A stretch of DNA of 64,000 bases from Bilabrum cf. latius (lineage: Eukaryota), in contig OZ237742.1 in NCBI GenBank assembly GCA_965178125.1, positions 372,001-436,000 on the forward strand. Direction: 5' to 3'. This document shows, in pieces, positions 25,409-37,818 of the stretch. The notes under the pieces were generated by a model. That model was not told where the DNA came from. It saw only the letters and a list, made by a program, of their open reading frames with translations, and did not search any database. Numbering within the stretch: position 1 is the first letter of the stretch; each line of letters opens with the position of its first letter. Made by a program: the position numbers and the translations under genes.

Positions 25409-28400
25409 ATGTCTGCGTCCGGGGGAGGCGTATCGAATAGTACAAGATTGAAAGGCTCCTACGATTCGATCGAGGCGTACTGCAAAGACAGGGGAGGGTC
25501 ACGCCCGCTCAAACGAATTCTGATCGCCAACAATGGGATTGCCGCCGTCAAAGCCATTCGTTCCATCAGGCGCTGGGCGTACGACACGTTCGGAAATGAG
25601 CGAGAGGTAAGTTATTCATCCATTGGGGTGGTTGTTTGGGCGGCGTCTAGCCAGACTAGCTGCACTTGCCTGCCTGCATCTTGAGGCACCAGAAACGAGG
25701 CAGCACGATCCTGCTCTCTGCTCGATTCCCTTTTGCAGGTCCACTTCACTGTAATGGCCACCCCAGAAGATTTGCGAGCAAATGCGGAGTACATCCGCAT
25801 GGCTGACGGCTTTGAGGAGGTTCCGGGTGGCTCCAACAACAACAACTACGCCAACGTGAGACGCATCGTGGAGCTCGCCGAGAAGTGCGACGCCGACGCC
25901 GTCTGGGCGGGCTGGGGCCACGCCAGCGAGAACCCGGCGCTTCCCAACGCACTGGCGCGCACCAAGAAGCAGATTGTGTTCATCGGCCCGCCGGCCGGCC
26001 CCATGCACGCGCTCGGCGACAAGATCGGCTCGACGCTCATCGCCCAGAGCGCAAAGGTGCCCACCATCGCCTGGAACGGAGACGGGCTCACGGTGGACTA
26101 CAAAAAAGAGGGAATCCCCGACGCCGTGTTTGACCGCGCGAACGTCAAGACCGTGGAGCAGGCCGTGGAGGCCGGGGAGCGGGTGGGCTTCCCGCTCATG
26201 ATCAAGGCCAGCGAAGGTGGGGGCGGCAAGGGCATCAGGAAGGTAGCGAGCCCGGAGGCACTCCCCCAGGCCTTCCGCGCCGTGCAGGGAGAGGTGCCCG
26301 GCAGCCCCATCTTTTTGATGCGCCTGGCCTCGCACGCCAGGCACCTGGAGGTCCAGCTGCTCGCTGACTCGTTCGGGGGCGCCATCGCCCTCTCCGGTAG
26401 GGACTGCTCGGTGCAGAGGAGGCACCAGAAGATCGTCGAGGAGGGGCCACCGGTGGCCGCCCCGCTGTCCGTGTGGCGGCAGATGGAGCTGGCGGCGGTG
26501 CGGCTGGCGAAAGAGGTGGGATACGTCAACGCGGGCACAGTCGAGTACCTCTTCATGGAGGACCAGGCGAAGGAGTACGAGAGGAAGAGGACGGCTGGAG
26601 AGAACTTGGAGGGCGTGCCTCTGCCCTTTGCGTTCCTCGAGCTGAACCCGCGGCTGCAGGTGGAGCACCCCGTGACTGAGATGATCACGGGGGTGAACCT
26701 GCCCGCCTCTCAGCTGCAGGTTGCGATGGGCATCAAGCTAGACATGATCCCGGACGTGAGGCGGTACTACAACGCAAAGGAGCCCTTCGGGAGCGAGCCC
26801 ATCGACCTGGACAACACCGAGTCCAGTCCACCGAGCGGCCACGTCATTGCGGCCCGCATCACCGCCGAGAACCCCGACAGCGGGTTCCAGCCCACGTCCG
26901 GCCGGGTCACTGAGATCAACTTCAGGTCGACCCCCGACGTGTGGGGCTACTTTAGCGTGGACTCGAGCGGGCTGGTGCACGAGTTCGCCGACTCGCAGAT
27001 CGGCCACCTGTTCGGCTGGGGCACGACCCGGGAGGAGGCCCGCCGCCGCATGGTGGTTGCGCTCAAGGAGCTGTCCATCCGGGGCGACATCCGCACCACG
27101 GTAGAGTACCTCGTGTCCATGATGGAGACGGGCGATTTTGTGGGGAACAAGATCGACACGGAGTGGCTGGACCGCCGCATCGAATCCAAGGTGAGGGGCG
27201 GCAAGCCAGACCCGGTCCTCGTGTCCGTGGTGGGGGCCGCCTGCCAGTCCTTCAGGGCCTTCCAGGCGAGGAAGAACGATTACGTGGACTGCTGCGAGAG
27301 GGGGCAGCCCCCTCCCTCGCAGCTGCTGGCCGTGGACGAGGCCGTGGACCTGATCTACGAAGGGGTCAAGTACTCGTTCCGGTGCTGCCGGGCGGGGCCG
27401 CACACTGTCGCGGTGCACTGCAACGGCCAGCTGGTCGAGGTGAGGGTCCGCAACCTGAGCGACAAAGGGATGCTGGTGCAGATCGGGGAGCGCAGCCATC
27501 TCGTGTACCTCTGGGACGAGAAGACCGGGCTGCGGCTGTCTGTTGACGGCAAGACGTGCGTGTTCGACGTGGAGTACGACCCTTCGCAGCTGACCTCCAG
27601 CGTGAGCGGCAAGGTAGCGCGCTTCCTGCTGGAGGACGGGGCGCACGTGCGGGCGGGACAGGTCTACGTGGAGGTGGAGGTCATGAAGATGTACCTGCCG
27701 CTGGTGGCCCCCGAGAGCGGGACCCTGAGGGTGTGCGCCACCGAGGGCGCGGTGATCGAGCCCGGGGACCTGCTGGCCACCATGGAGCTGGACGACCCCT
27801 CCCGCGTGTCCAAGGCGGACCCTTTCGACGGGGCCATTCGGAGCGTCCTAGAGAGGCCGCACCCGTTCCAGGGCCCCGTGCCTTCGTCGCCGGGCAAGCA
27901 GTCGACCGAGCGCGACCCCGCAGGGGCTGCTGGCCGTGCTGGCGGCCCCTCAAGCGGCGTGTCACCCGCGATGCAGTGGTCGGCCGTGGCCGGCCGCAAG
28001 GCCCACGTTGTGCTGCGCGAGGCCATGACCACGCTCACGGCCCTGATGGACGGGGACGACGTCCCGAGCGAGGCTCTAGGAACCGCTCTCTACGACAGGG
28101 ACGCGGCCTGCTGCAACCCGCACACCCCCCAGCTGGAGCTGGAGGAAGCGCTGTCGACACTCTCGGGAAGGCTGCCTCCCGCCGTGGACCAGGCGCTCCA
28201 GCGGCTCCTCGAGCTGCACAGGGACCGCGTGCAGGAGCACATCGGTCACGCGGTGGACGCGATCGACGGCAAGCTGACCGAGGCGGCCGTGAACGCGGTG
28301 AGCAAGGCCGTGCACGGTCTCGGCAGCAGCGCCGCCGCCAGCAGCGAGCAGAAGAAGCAGAGCGAGGAGGAGGCGGCCCTCATGGAAATCTCGAGGCGGG

Positions 28401-31400
28401 CCTCGGGGTCCCACCTCAGGTCGCCCATCGAGCTCAACATGCGCTCGGTGCACCTGGTGCTGGAGGAGGCCGTCAGGAGCCTCTCCACCAAAGAGGCCGC
28501 CGCCTTTGACCTCAGCGTGGCGCCCATCCGGGAGCTCGTTCGCAGGTACTGGTACGGCGTGCATGGGCGCAACCGCAGCCAGCTGTGCGAGCTGCTGCAG
28601 CGGTATCTCGCGGTGGAGCAGCTATTCGGCCGCGGGTCGGCCTCGAGTCGAAGGGAAGACGAGGTGGTGCTCAACCTGAGGCAGGCCGTGGCGGACTCCT
28701 CGGCCCTGCCACCGCTGATCCAGCGCTTCTACGGAGAGGGCTACGGCGTCATCTTCGAGGTGGCACGGTCGCACGCACGGGTGGAGCAGCGCAACGTGCT
28801 TGTGATCGAGGTGCTCAAGCGGCTGCAGGAGGACAGCGAGAAGGAGAAGCAGCTCAACAACGCGCCAGACACGGGTGTGGACTCGATCACGGGCAGCGGC
28901 GGCCAGCTCGCCACCAGGGCCACGCCGCCGGCACCCCTGGCTGCCCGACCCCCCAGCGGGGCAGACTCCCGGGACCGACCCCACAGGGGGTCGGGGTTCG
29001 TGGACGAGCTGCTCGGCCTCACCACTGGCACCACGCCCGATGTTCTGGCCATGGAGTCGCACGGGCAGTCTGACACGGGACCGCTGGCCATCGGCGCCCC
29101 CCTCGATGCCGGCGAGGAAGACACAACCGGCGAGGCCACTTCAGGCATGTTCGGGGTCAGCTCAACCACCGCGAGCATGCTGCAGGACCAGATGCGCAGG
29201 ATCTCTGTCGCCAGCCCGCAGGAGGGCGGGCCCTCTCCGGTGCCGGGGACTCCCGCAGGGAACAGCCTGCCCCTGCCCGACGGTGTGGAGCCGCTGCACG
29301 CCGTCAGCAACAGCGTGCTCCACAGCCTCGCCGAGCTCCACGGCGCGTCGTACGCCGCCGTGGCCCTCGAAGCCCGCTCCCTGCTCGTCGTGAGGCAGCA
29401 GCCCTCCGTCACGCAGAAGCTCCGCGCCATCGAGGCGGCTCTGCTGGGCATCCGAGGCTCCGCGCAAGGCCCGGCCGACGCGCAGTCCTCGGTCCCAGCC
29501 GCGGCCGCCCTACGGGAGGCCCTGGTGCAGACGGAGCAGCCGATCGAGGACGTGCTCATGTGGTTCTTCGGGCACGAAGAGTCCAAGCTGCGGTGCAGCG
29601 CGGTGGAGACGTACATCCGCAGGCTGTACCGGTCCTACGTGGTCTCTGGAGTCTCGGTCAGGGACAAGGAGGGCACGGGCGCGGCGGCCCCTCTGCAGGT
29701 GACGTGGCAGTTCTTCGCCGATCCCAGCGTGGACGCGGATGCCGCGGCGGCGGCCGCTGCGACCAGCGGCGGCAGTTCGCACGGCTCCGGCTCCGGCTCC
29801 GGGTCCGGGTCCGCCTTCCACCCCGTGGACGGGGAGAAGGGCCTGCCCCGCGCGGGCGCGCTGATTCCCTCGTTTGACTCGGTTGATGACCTGCAGCGCA
29901 TGCAGCAGGCCAAGAAGCACGAGGCCGCAGGTGCGGGGCTGGCGTTCCGCGGCGGGGGCCAGCCCCGCACCCTGGCGCCGGTGCCCGAGCAAAGTGACAT
30001 AGCGCCCGGGATGCGGAGGCACGGGCTGCTGGCGGTCTTCACCGACGTGGCACACGTCAGGGCGTCGCTGCAGGGTGTCGTCAAGGGCCTGGCAGGACGC
30101 ACCGGCGGAGCGCTCGCCTCGGCGGTGCCCGGCAGCCCCGCCGATGCAGGGGAGGAGGTCGACGAGGAGAACGAGAACGCCGTGAACGTGGTGCACATCG
30201 CCGTCCTGGCGCCCCCGAGCTACGAAGACCTGGAGGTTGTCAGGGAACAAGGGGAGGGGCGCGCGAGGGCCGGCACAGAGCAGAGCTCCGTGATCAGCGC
30301 CTCGCTGCTGCAGCGGCAGCAGTCGGGTTCCTCGGTGATGGGCCCCGGTGGCCTGACGGAGGCCCAGACGGTCGAGCTGCTGACGCGCATCTCGGAGCAC
30401 TGCAGGGACGACTTCGCCGCGGCGGGGGTGCGGCGGGTCACGTTCATGGTGGACCAGCTGGTGCACCTCCAGGGCACGTCGCAGGGCACTCCTACCCAGG
30501 ACGCGCTGATGGTCACCGTGCAGGCAGTGGCGGACGAGGCCCAGCGCTTCAAGGACAGGCAGACCAAGGAGCAGGGAGAGGGGTCGAGCGCCAGCGGCTC
30601 CGGGGCCGGTGACGCCGAGGACGACTCGGCCACCACGCCCATGGGCGAGTCAGTCCGCATCGCGCTGCCCGGATCCATCGTCCCGCTGTGCCCCGACCCA
30701 GCCGTGGCCCGGGCGCGCGCGGTGGCCGGCAGCGAGGACTCGGCCACCATCGCGGCCGGGGAACAGCCCCCGGGCACCCCAGCCTCGGCTATGCCCCTGG
30801 CTCGCCGGTCCAGCGTGCTCACTCAGGAGGCGGGCTCTGCCGCCGCGACCGCGCCTCTCGACGCGCGCGAGGCGCTGCTGCGGCTCGTCTTCGGGAGGCG
30901 CTCCATCGTGACGGCGCCAGGGTTCCCCGCGGTGTTCACGCTGCGGTCCCGCAAGAAGTTCCGCGAGGACTCGATCGTGCGGCACATCGAGCCGCCCATG
31001 AGCGGGTTCCTGGAGCTCTCCCGCATGGAGAACTTTAGGATCCGCATCATCCACACGCCCAACCGGTCCGTGCACGTGTACGAGGCCGTGGCACACAGGG
31101 ACGAGCAGCGGGCCAAGGCAGCGCTCAAGGCCGGCAAGCGGGCCCCGAGGCCAAGGAAAAGGTACTTTGTCCGTGGGATCGTGCGGCACACCGAGCGACT
31201 CTCTTCGGCAGAATCGGCTGCCTCCATGTTCCCCGGTCCGGAGCGCGTGTTCGTGGAGGCGCTGAATGCGCTGGCCATCTCCATCGGCGAGAGGGCGCTG
31301 GAGGACACGAGCAATCCGGTGGGGAACAACCACATCTTCTTGAACGTGGTGCCGGTCGCAAACATCACGCCCGACTTTGTCCAAGTGGTCATCCAGAAGC

Positions 31401-34400
31401 TGGCGCGCCTCTACGCCAAGAAGCTGAGGCACCTTCGCGTGTCCACGGTCGAGTTCAAGATCACGCTCCGGGGCCAGCACGGCGGCCCCTGCACGGCCGT
31501 GCGCATCATCGCCAGCAACCCAACGGGCTACGTGCTGCGCGTCGACCAGTACGCCGAGGTGAGCGACCCATCCAGCGGGCAGGGCGCATCGAGGTTCCGC
31601 CTCATTGGCTCCACGCGGTCCGGTGCTTCTCGGCCGGGGCAGGGCGCGCCCGCCCAGGGTCAGGGTTCCGGTGCCGCGGGGGCCGACGGGAATCTCCTGG
31701 GTCTCGGAGCACCTGGGACTGGCATGCTGGCGGCGGTGGGCGCCGTCCCATCCACGTCCTCGCCGCTCGCCCGCGCCCTCCCGCCGGGAGCCGCATCCCG
31801 TTCAGCCGTCGGCGCACAGGGGTCGTCTGCCGTCAGCACCGCAGAGTACGAGAACTGGGACGGCAAGCTGACCACGGCGCCGTACCCCGACGAGTCGGTC
31901 TTCGAGTCGAAGCGGGCCCTGGCCGCGGCCGCCTCCGAGACGGTGTACTGCTGGGACTTCATCGAGCTGTTCCAGAGGGCACTGGAGGTCAGCTGGGACA
32001 GGTACCAGCGCAGCACGCGCGGCTCGCGGGACCCGCACCCCAGGCCTCGCCAGCTGCTCCAGGTCACGGAGCTCGCGCTCTCTCCCAAGAAGCCCGTCGT
32101 GCCCGGGGCCTTTGCCGGCGGAGGCGTGCCGCCCCGCCAGTCGTCCTCCTCGATCGGGCGCACGGACTCGTACTATTCGGACGTGTCCTCCAGCGAGATG
32201 GGGCAGGGCGGGTCGGGAGGCATGCCTCTGGCGCAGCAGCAGCAGCAGCGGCTTCTGGAGAGCGACGGGCTCGCGCACCGCCGTTCGTTTGGTGCCGGCG
32301 GGGACCAATCGTCCGACACGACCAGCGAGCCCTCGGAGAACAAGGGCGAGTGGACCTCGGTGGGCCGCCGGAGGCGCCGATCCGTGGAGGAAGCAGGTAG
32401 CGGCGGCGGCAGCGAGGCTGGGACGCCCGACCAGCCGACGCAGCAGCAACCGGCGGCACCTGTCTCCTTCCCGCCGGGCGCGACGTTTGAGGAGCAGTTC
32501 GACCTGGTGGAGCGGGACCCTCTCCCGGGGCAGAACCGCATCGGGATGGTGGCATGGCGGCTGCGCATGTACACGCCAGAGTACCCCGAGCGGACGGGCG
32601 GCCGCGAGATCGTGGTGATTGCGAACGACATCACGGTGCGGGCAGGCAGCTTCGGTACCAAGGAGGACGCGCTCTTCGACCTGGCGAGCAAGCGGGCCAG
32701 GGAGCTCGGCCTGCCGCGCATCTACATGGCCGCCAACTCGGGGGCCAGGATCGGGCTGGCGGAAGAGGTCAAGCGACGCTTCCGCGTGGCCTGGAACGAC
32801 CCCACTGACCCTGCCAAGGGCTTCAAGTACCTGTACCTGACGGAGGCGGACCACGCCGAGCTAGCCGCAAAGGGCAGCGTGCGCTCCCGCAAGGTGGTGG
32901 ACCCTAGCACGGGCACGGTGCATCACGAGCTGCTCGACATCATCGGTAGCGAGCCGGACATTGGCGTGGAGAACCTAAGGGGCTCCGCTACGATTGCGGG
33001 GGAGACCTCGCGGGCCTACAAGGACGTCTTCACGCTGACCTACGTGACGGGCCGCAGCGTGGGCATCGGCGCGTACCTCGTGCGCCTGGGCCAGCGCACG
33101 ATCCAGAAGGCGGGCGCGGCACCCATCATCCTGACGGGCTTCCACGCTCTCAACAAGCTCATCGGGCGCCGCGTGTACACGTCCAACCAGCAGCTGGGCG
33201 GGCCCCGCATCATGCACACTAACGGAGTGTCCCACCTGGTGGTGGAGACAGATCTCCAGGGCGTGGCCGCCATCCTGAGGTGGCTCGCATACGTGCCTGC
33301 GAGGGCCGGGGGCGCGCTCCCCGACTCTGGCTCGAGCGCTGCGCTGGACCCCGTGGACAGGGACGTGCAGTATCGCCCGCCCGCGGACGGTCCGTTCGAC
33401 CCGCGACACCTCCTTGTGGGGGCTGCGGGCACGGCGGCCCAGGCGGCGGGGGCTGACGAGCAGGAGGCGGGATCCGGGGCGGGAGAGGAGCCCGTGCTGA
33501 CCATGAGCAGCTCCGGCAGCCTCCGCGCCGAGGGGGCAGCCGATGCTGCGGCCGCCGCCGACTCCGCTGCCGGAGGAAGCCCGCCCCACCTTGGCGGTCT
33601 CTTCGACGACGGCTCGTTCATGGAAACCCTCCAGCAGTGGGCCCGATCCGTGGTGGTGGGCCGTGCCCGGCTGGGCGGCATCCCGGTGGGCGTGATCGTG
33701 GCGGAGACGAGATCGGTGGCCTCTGTAATTCCCGCAGACCCAGCCGCCCCGGAGTCCTAGGAGCAGAGGCTGCAGCAGGCAGGCAACGTGTGGTTCCCCG
33801 ACTCTGCCTACAAGACGTCCCAGGCCATCCGTGACTTCAACGGCGAGGGCCTGCCCCTGGTGATCCTGGCAAACTGGAGGGGCTTCTCCGGCGGCCAGCG
33901 GGACATGTTCCACGAGGTGCTCAAGTTCGGGTCGTACATCGTGGACGCGCTCGTGGACTACCAGCAGCCCGTGATCGTGTACATCCCCCCGAGGAGCGAG
34001 CTTCGCGGGGGTGCCTGGGTTGTCGTGGACCCCACCATCAACCCTGACGTCATGGAGATGTACGCCGCCGAGGACGCCCGCGGCGGGATCCTCGAGCCCT
34101 CGGGTGCGGTGGCCATCAAGTTCAGGGAGAGGGACGTGAGAGCCGCGGTGAGGCGGTGCGATGGGCCCCTCCAGGCCATCCAGGCGCAGGCCAAGGCGGC
34201 CAAGGAGGCCGGGGACGAGACCCTTGCCTCTCAGCTGGCCTCCAGGGCGGGACTCAGGGAACAGCAGGTGCTGCAGTCGTACGCCCCGGTAGCTCACCTG
34301 TTTGCCGACCTGCACGACAGGCCCGGCCGCATGCGCGCCGCCGGCACCATCCGGAAAGTTGTTCCCTGGAAGCAGGCTCGCCGGGTGCTCTACTGGAGGC

Positions 34401-34789
34401 TGCGGCGGCGCATGGTGGAGATGGCAGTGTGCGCGAGGCTGAGGCGGGCTGCGCCGCAGCTGTCGGGCACCCAGGCGCGCGAGATGCTACGGGGGTGGTT
34501 CGAAGAGAGTGCACTGCACGGTGGGGCTGCGTCGTCGTGGGAGGAGGACGCAGCCGTGCTGCGGTGGATCCAGGCGAACTCTTCCCTGATCGCCTCGAGG
34601 GAACAGCGCCTCACGCGGGAGGCGCGGGTGGAGAAGGTGTACGCCGTGGGGCTGGAGGACCCCGAGGCGGCGGTGGCTGGCGTCATCGCGATGCTGGGGA
34701 GGGTCTCTCCCGAGCAGAGGGACGCGGCGCTCAGGGCGCTGAGGCGGGAGGTGCTGCTGGGAGGGGCTGGGGCTGGGGGGCTTGCCTGA
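25409..34789 (+). CDS. ACC1: Multidomain eukaryotic acetyl-CoA carboxylase, ~3082 aa; exons 25409-25606 and 25739-34789
   Basis: [41 protein letters not shown], biotin site [41 protein letters not shown]. Intron 25607-25738 (GTAAG...TGCAG). A single TAG at 33758 inside the CT domain; ends TGA. Confidence 0.97.
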
Positions 34790-35172
34790 GTATATGTATG
34801 TTTTTTGTGCATACTTGTTTTTGTGATGATGTGTGCGGGAGGCCGGTGTTCGGCCGAGGGATGGGCTGCTGCTGCAGCCTGCGCTTGCAGCGCGCTGGCT
34901 ACATGTCGCGGGGGATCGCGGGGTGCGGTGCGCTGTATTCGCGTGTGTCATGGGCGTGGCAGGTTGCGACCTGCAGCCATGCCTGGACGGCTCGCCTGCT
35001 AGGCGACTGCCGTCCGTGTGTTTTGCTGTGAGATTCGTTTTGTTCTTCATTACAATCAATGGGATGGGCTCGCCCGATCGAAAGGCCATCCAATCGCTTC
35101 GATAGTCTACCAAACACCAGAGGGCCACCGCCGAGCCCAACACACATGAGGTGCAGTGCTCGCCGATGGCGC

Positions 35173-37665
35173 ATTGACCCGGGCCGTGCTGGGTGGGTGG
35201 CTCTCTGCAGCTGGCACCCCACGGGCATGCGCAGGCACTCGCAGCCCCGGCAGGGTGAATAAAGAAAAAGCCAGCCTCAGATCGAAAAAGAGAGGGAGAG
35301 TCAAAAGTTCTCACCGGGATTGACCCGGGCCGTGCTGGGTGGGTGGCTCTCTGCAGCTGGCACCCCACGGGCATGCGCAGGCACTCGCAGCCCCCCGGCA
35401 GGGTGAATAAAGAAAAAGCCAGCCTCAGATCGAAAAAGAGGGGGAGAGTCAAAAGTTCTCACCGGGATTGACCCGGGCCGTGCTGGGTGGGTGGCTCTCT
35501 GCAGCTGGCACCCCACGGGCATGCGCAGGCATTCGCAGCCCCGGCAGGGTGAAAAAAGAAAAAGCCAGCCTCAGATCGAAAAAGAGGGGGAGAGTCAAAA
35601 GTTCTCACCGGGATTGATCCGGGCCGTGCTGGGTGGGTGGCTCTCTGCAGCTGGCGCCCCACGGGCATGCGCAGGCACTCGCAGCCCCGGCAGGGTGAAT
35701 AAAGAAAAAGCCAGCCTCAGATCGAAAAAGAGAGGGAGAGTCAAAAGTTCTCACCGGGATTGACCCGGGCCGTGCTGGGTGGGTGGCTCTCTGCAGCTGG
35801 CACCCCACGAGCATGCGCAGGCACTCGCAGCCCCGGCAGGGTGAAAAAAGAAAAAGCCAGCCTCAGATCGAAAAAGAGGGGGAGAGTCAAAAGTTCTCAC
35901 CGGGATTGACCCGGGCCGTGCTGGGTGGGTGGCTCTCTGCAGCTGGCACCCCACGGGCATGCGCAGGCACTCGCAGCCCCCCGGCAGGGTGAATAAAGAA
36001 AAAGCCAGCCTCAGATCGAAAAAGAGGGGGAGAGTCAAAAGTTCTCACCGGGATTGATCCGGGCCGTGCTGGGTGGGTGGCTCTCTGCAGCTGGCACCCC
36101 ACGGGCATGCGCAGGCACTCGCAGCCCCGGCAGGGTGAATAAAGAAAAAGCCAGCCTCAGATCGAAAAAGAGGGGGAGAGTCAAAAGTTCTCACCGGGAT
36201 TGATCCGGGCCGTGCTGGGTGGGTGGCTCTCTGCAGCTGGCACCCCACGGGCATGCGCAGGCACTCGCAGCCCCCCGGCAGGGTGAATAAAGAAAAAGCC
36301 AGCCTCAGATCGAAAAAGAGGGGGAGAGTCAAAAGTTCTCACCGGGATTGACCCGGGCCGTGCTGGGTGGGTGGCTCTCTGCAGCTGGCACCCCACGGGC
36401 ATGCGCAGGCATTCGCAGCCCCGGCAGGGTGAAAAAAGAAAAAGCCAGCCTCAGATCGAAAAAGAGGGGGAGAGTCAAAAGTTCTCACCGGGATTGATCC
36501 GGGCCGTGCTGGGTGGGTGGCTCTCTGCAGCTGGCGCCCCACGGGCATGCGCAGGCACTCGCAGCCCCGGCAGGGTGAATAAAGAAAAAGCCAGCCTCAG
36601 ATCGAAAAAGAGAGGGAGAGTCAAAAGTTCTCACCGGGATTGACCCGGGCCGTGCTGGGTGGGTGGCTCTCTGCAGCTGGCACCCCACGAGCATGCGCAG
36701 GCACTCGCAGCCCCGGCAGGGTGAAAAAAGAAAAAGCCAGCCTCAGATCGAAAAAGAGGGGGAGAGTCAAAAGTTCTCACCGGGATTGACCCGGGCCGTG
36801 CTGGGTGGGTGGCTCTCTGCAGCTGGCACCCCACGGGCATGCGCAGGCACTCGCAGCCCCCCGGCAGGGTGAATAAAGAAAAAGCCAGCCTCAGATCGAA
36901 AAAGAGGGGGAGAGTCAAAAGTTCTCACCAGGATTGACCCGGGCCGTGCTGGGTGGGTGGCTCTCTGCAGCTGGCACCCCACGGGCATGCGCAGGCACTC
37001 GCAGCCCCGGCAGGGTGAATAAAGAAAAAGCCAGCCTCAGATCGAAAAAGAGGGGGAGAGTCAAAAGTTCTCACCGGGATTGATCCGGGCCGTGCTGGGT
37101 GGGTGGCTCTCTGCAGCTGGCGCCCCACGGGCATGCGCAGGCACTCGCAGCCCCGGCAGGGTGAAAAAAGAAAAAGCCAGCCTCAGATCGAAAAAGAGGG
37201 GGAGAGTCAAAAGTTCTCACCGGGATTGACCCGGGCCGTGCTGGGTGGGTGGCTCTCTGCAGCTGGCACCCCACGGGCATGCGCAGGCATTCGCAGCCCC
37301 GGCAGGGTGAAAAAAGAAAAAGCCAGCCTCAGATCGAAAAAGAGGGGGAGAGTCAAAAGTTCTCACCGGGATTGATCCGGGCCGTGCTGGGTGGGTGGCT
37401 CTCTGCAGCTGGCACCCCACGGGCATGCGCAGGCACTCGCAGCCCCCCGGCAGGGTGAATAAAGAAAAAGCCAGCCTCAGATCGAAAAAGAGGGGGAGAG
37501 TCAAAAGTTCTCACCGGGATTGATCCGGGCCGTGCTGGGTGGGTGGCTCTCTGCAGCTGGCGCCCCACGGGCATGCGCAGGCACTCGCAGCCCCGGCAGG
37601 GTGAATAAAGAAAAAGCCAGCCTCAGATCGAAAAAGAGGGGGAGAGTCAAAAGTTCTCACCGGGA
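35173..37665. repeat. Tandem array of 17 units of 146/148 bp, each carrying a degenerate tRNA 3' half
   Basis: GTTCTCACC recurs at 35307, 35455, 35601, 35747, 35893, 36041, 36187, 36335, 36481, 36627, 36773, 36921, 37067, 37213, 37359, 37507 and 37653. Units differ by only a few substitutions or a 2-nt indel. Confidence 0.97.
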
Positions 37666-37722
37666 ATTGAACCCGGGCCTGATCAACCGGAACGATCTGT
37701 CCTTCCACTAGACTATGAGAAC
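37652..37722 (-). tRNA. tRNA-Arg (anticodon CCG)
   Basis: Cloverleaf GTTCTCA-TA-GTCT-AGTGGAA-GGAC-A-GATCG-TTCCGGT-TGATC-AGGC-CCGGG-TTCAATT-CCCGG-TGAGAAC-T, with all four stems pairing. Has A20, A/B boxes and a following TTTT Pol III terminator. Confidence 0.9.
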
Positions 37723-37818
37723 ACCTAGCCTGAGAACCAAAAGTAGGTATACAGCCTACAGTGACTTACCATTGGGCAAGTATTTTCCATGTGCATTCAG
37801 CGTCACAGTGATTTCGTG

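Noticed and set aside
25616-34812. Many long antisense and alternate-frame ORFs over ACC and other genes
   Set aside because: Expected shadow ORFs in high-GC coding DNA, with no recognisable motifs.
35173-37665. CRISPR array or coding repeats
   Set aside because: Units are contiguous and near-identical, with no unique spacers and no cas genes. The ORFs there are repeat artefacts broken by 2-nt indels.
37652-37722. The tRNA as the UAG-decoding tRNA
   Set aside because: Its anticodon loop is TT-CCG-GT (Arg), not CTA. No CUA tRNA was seen in this window.
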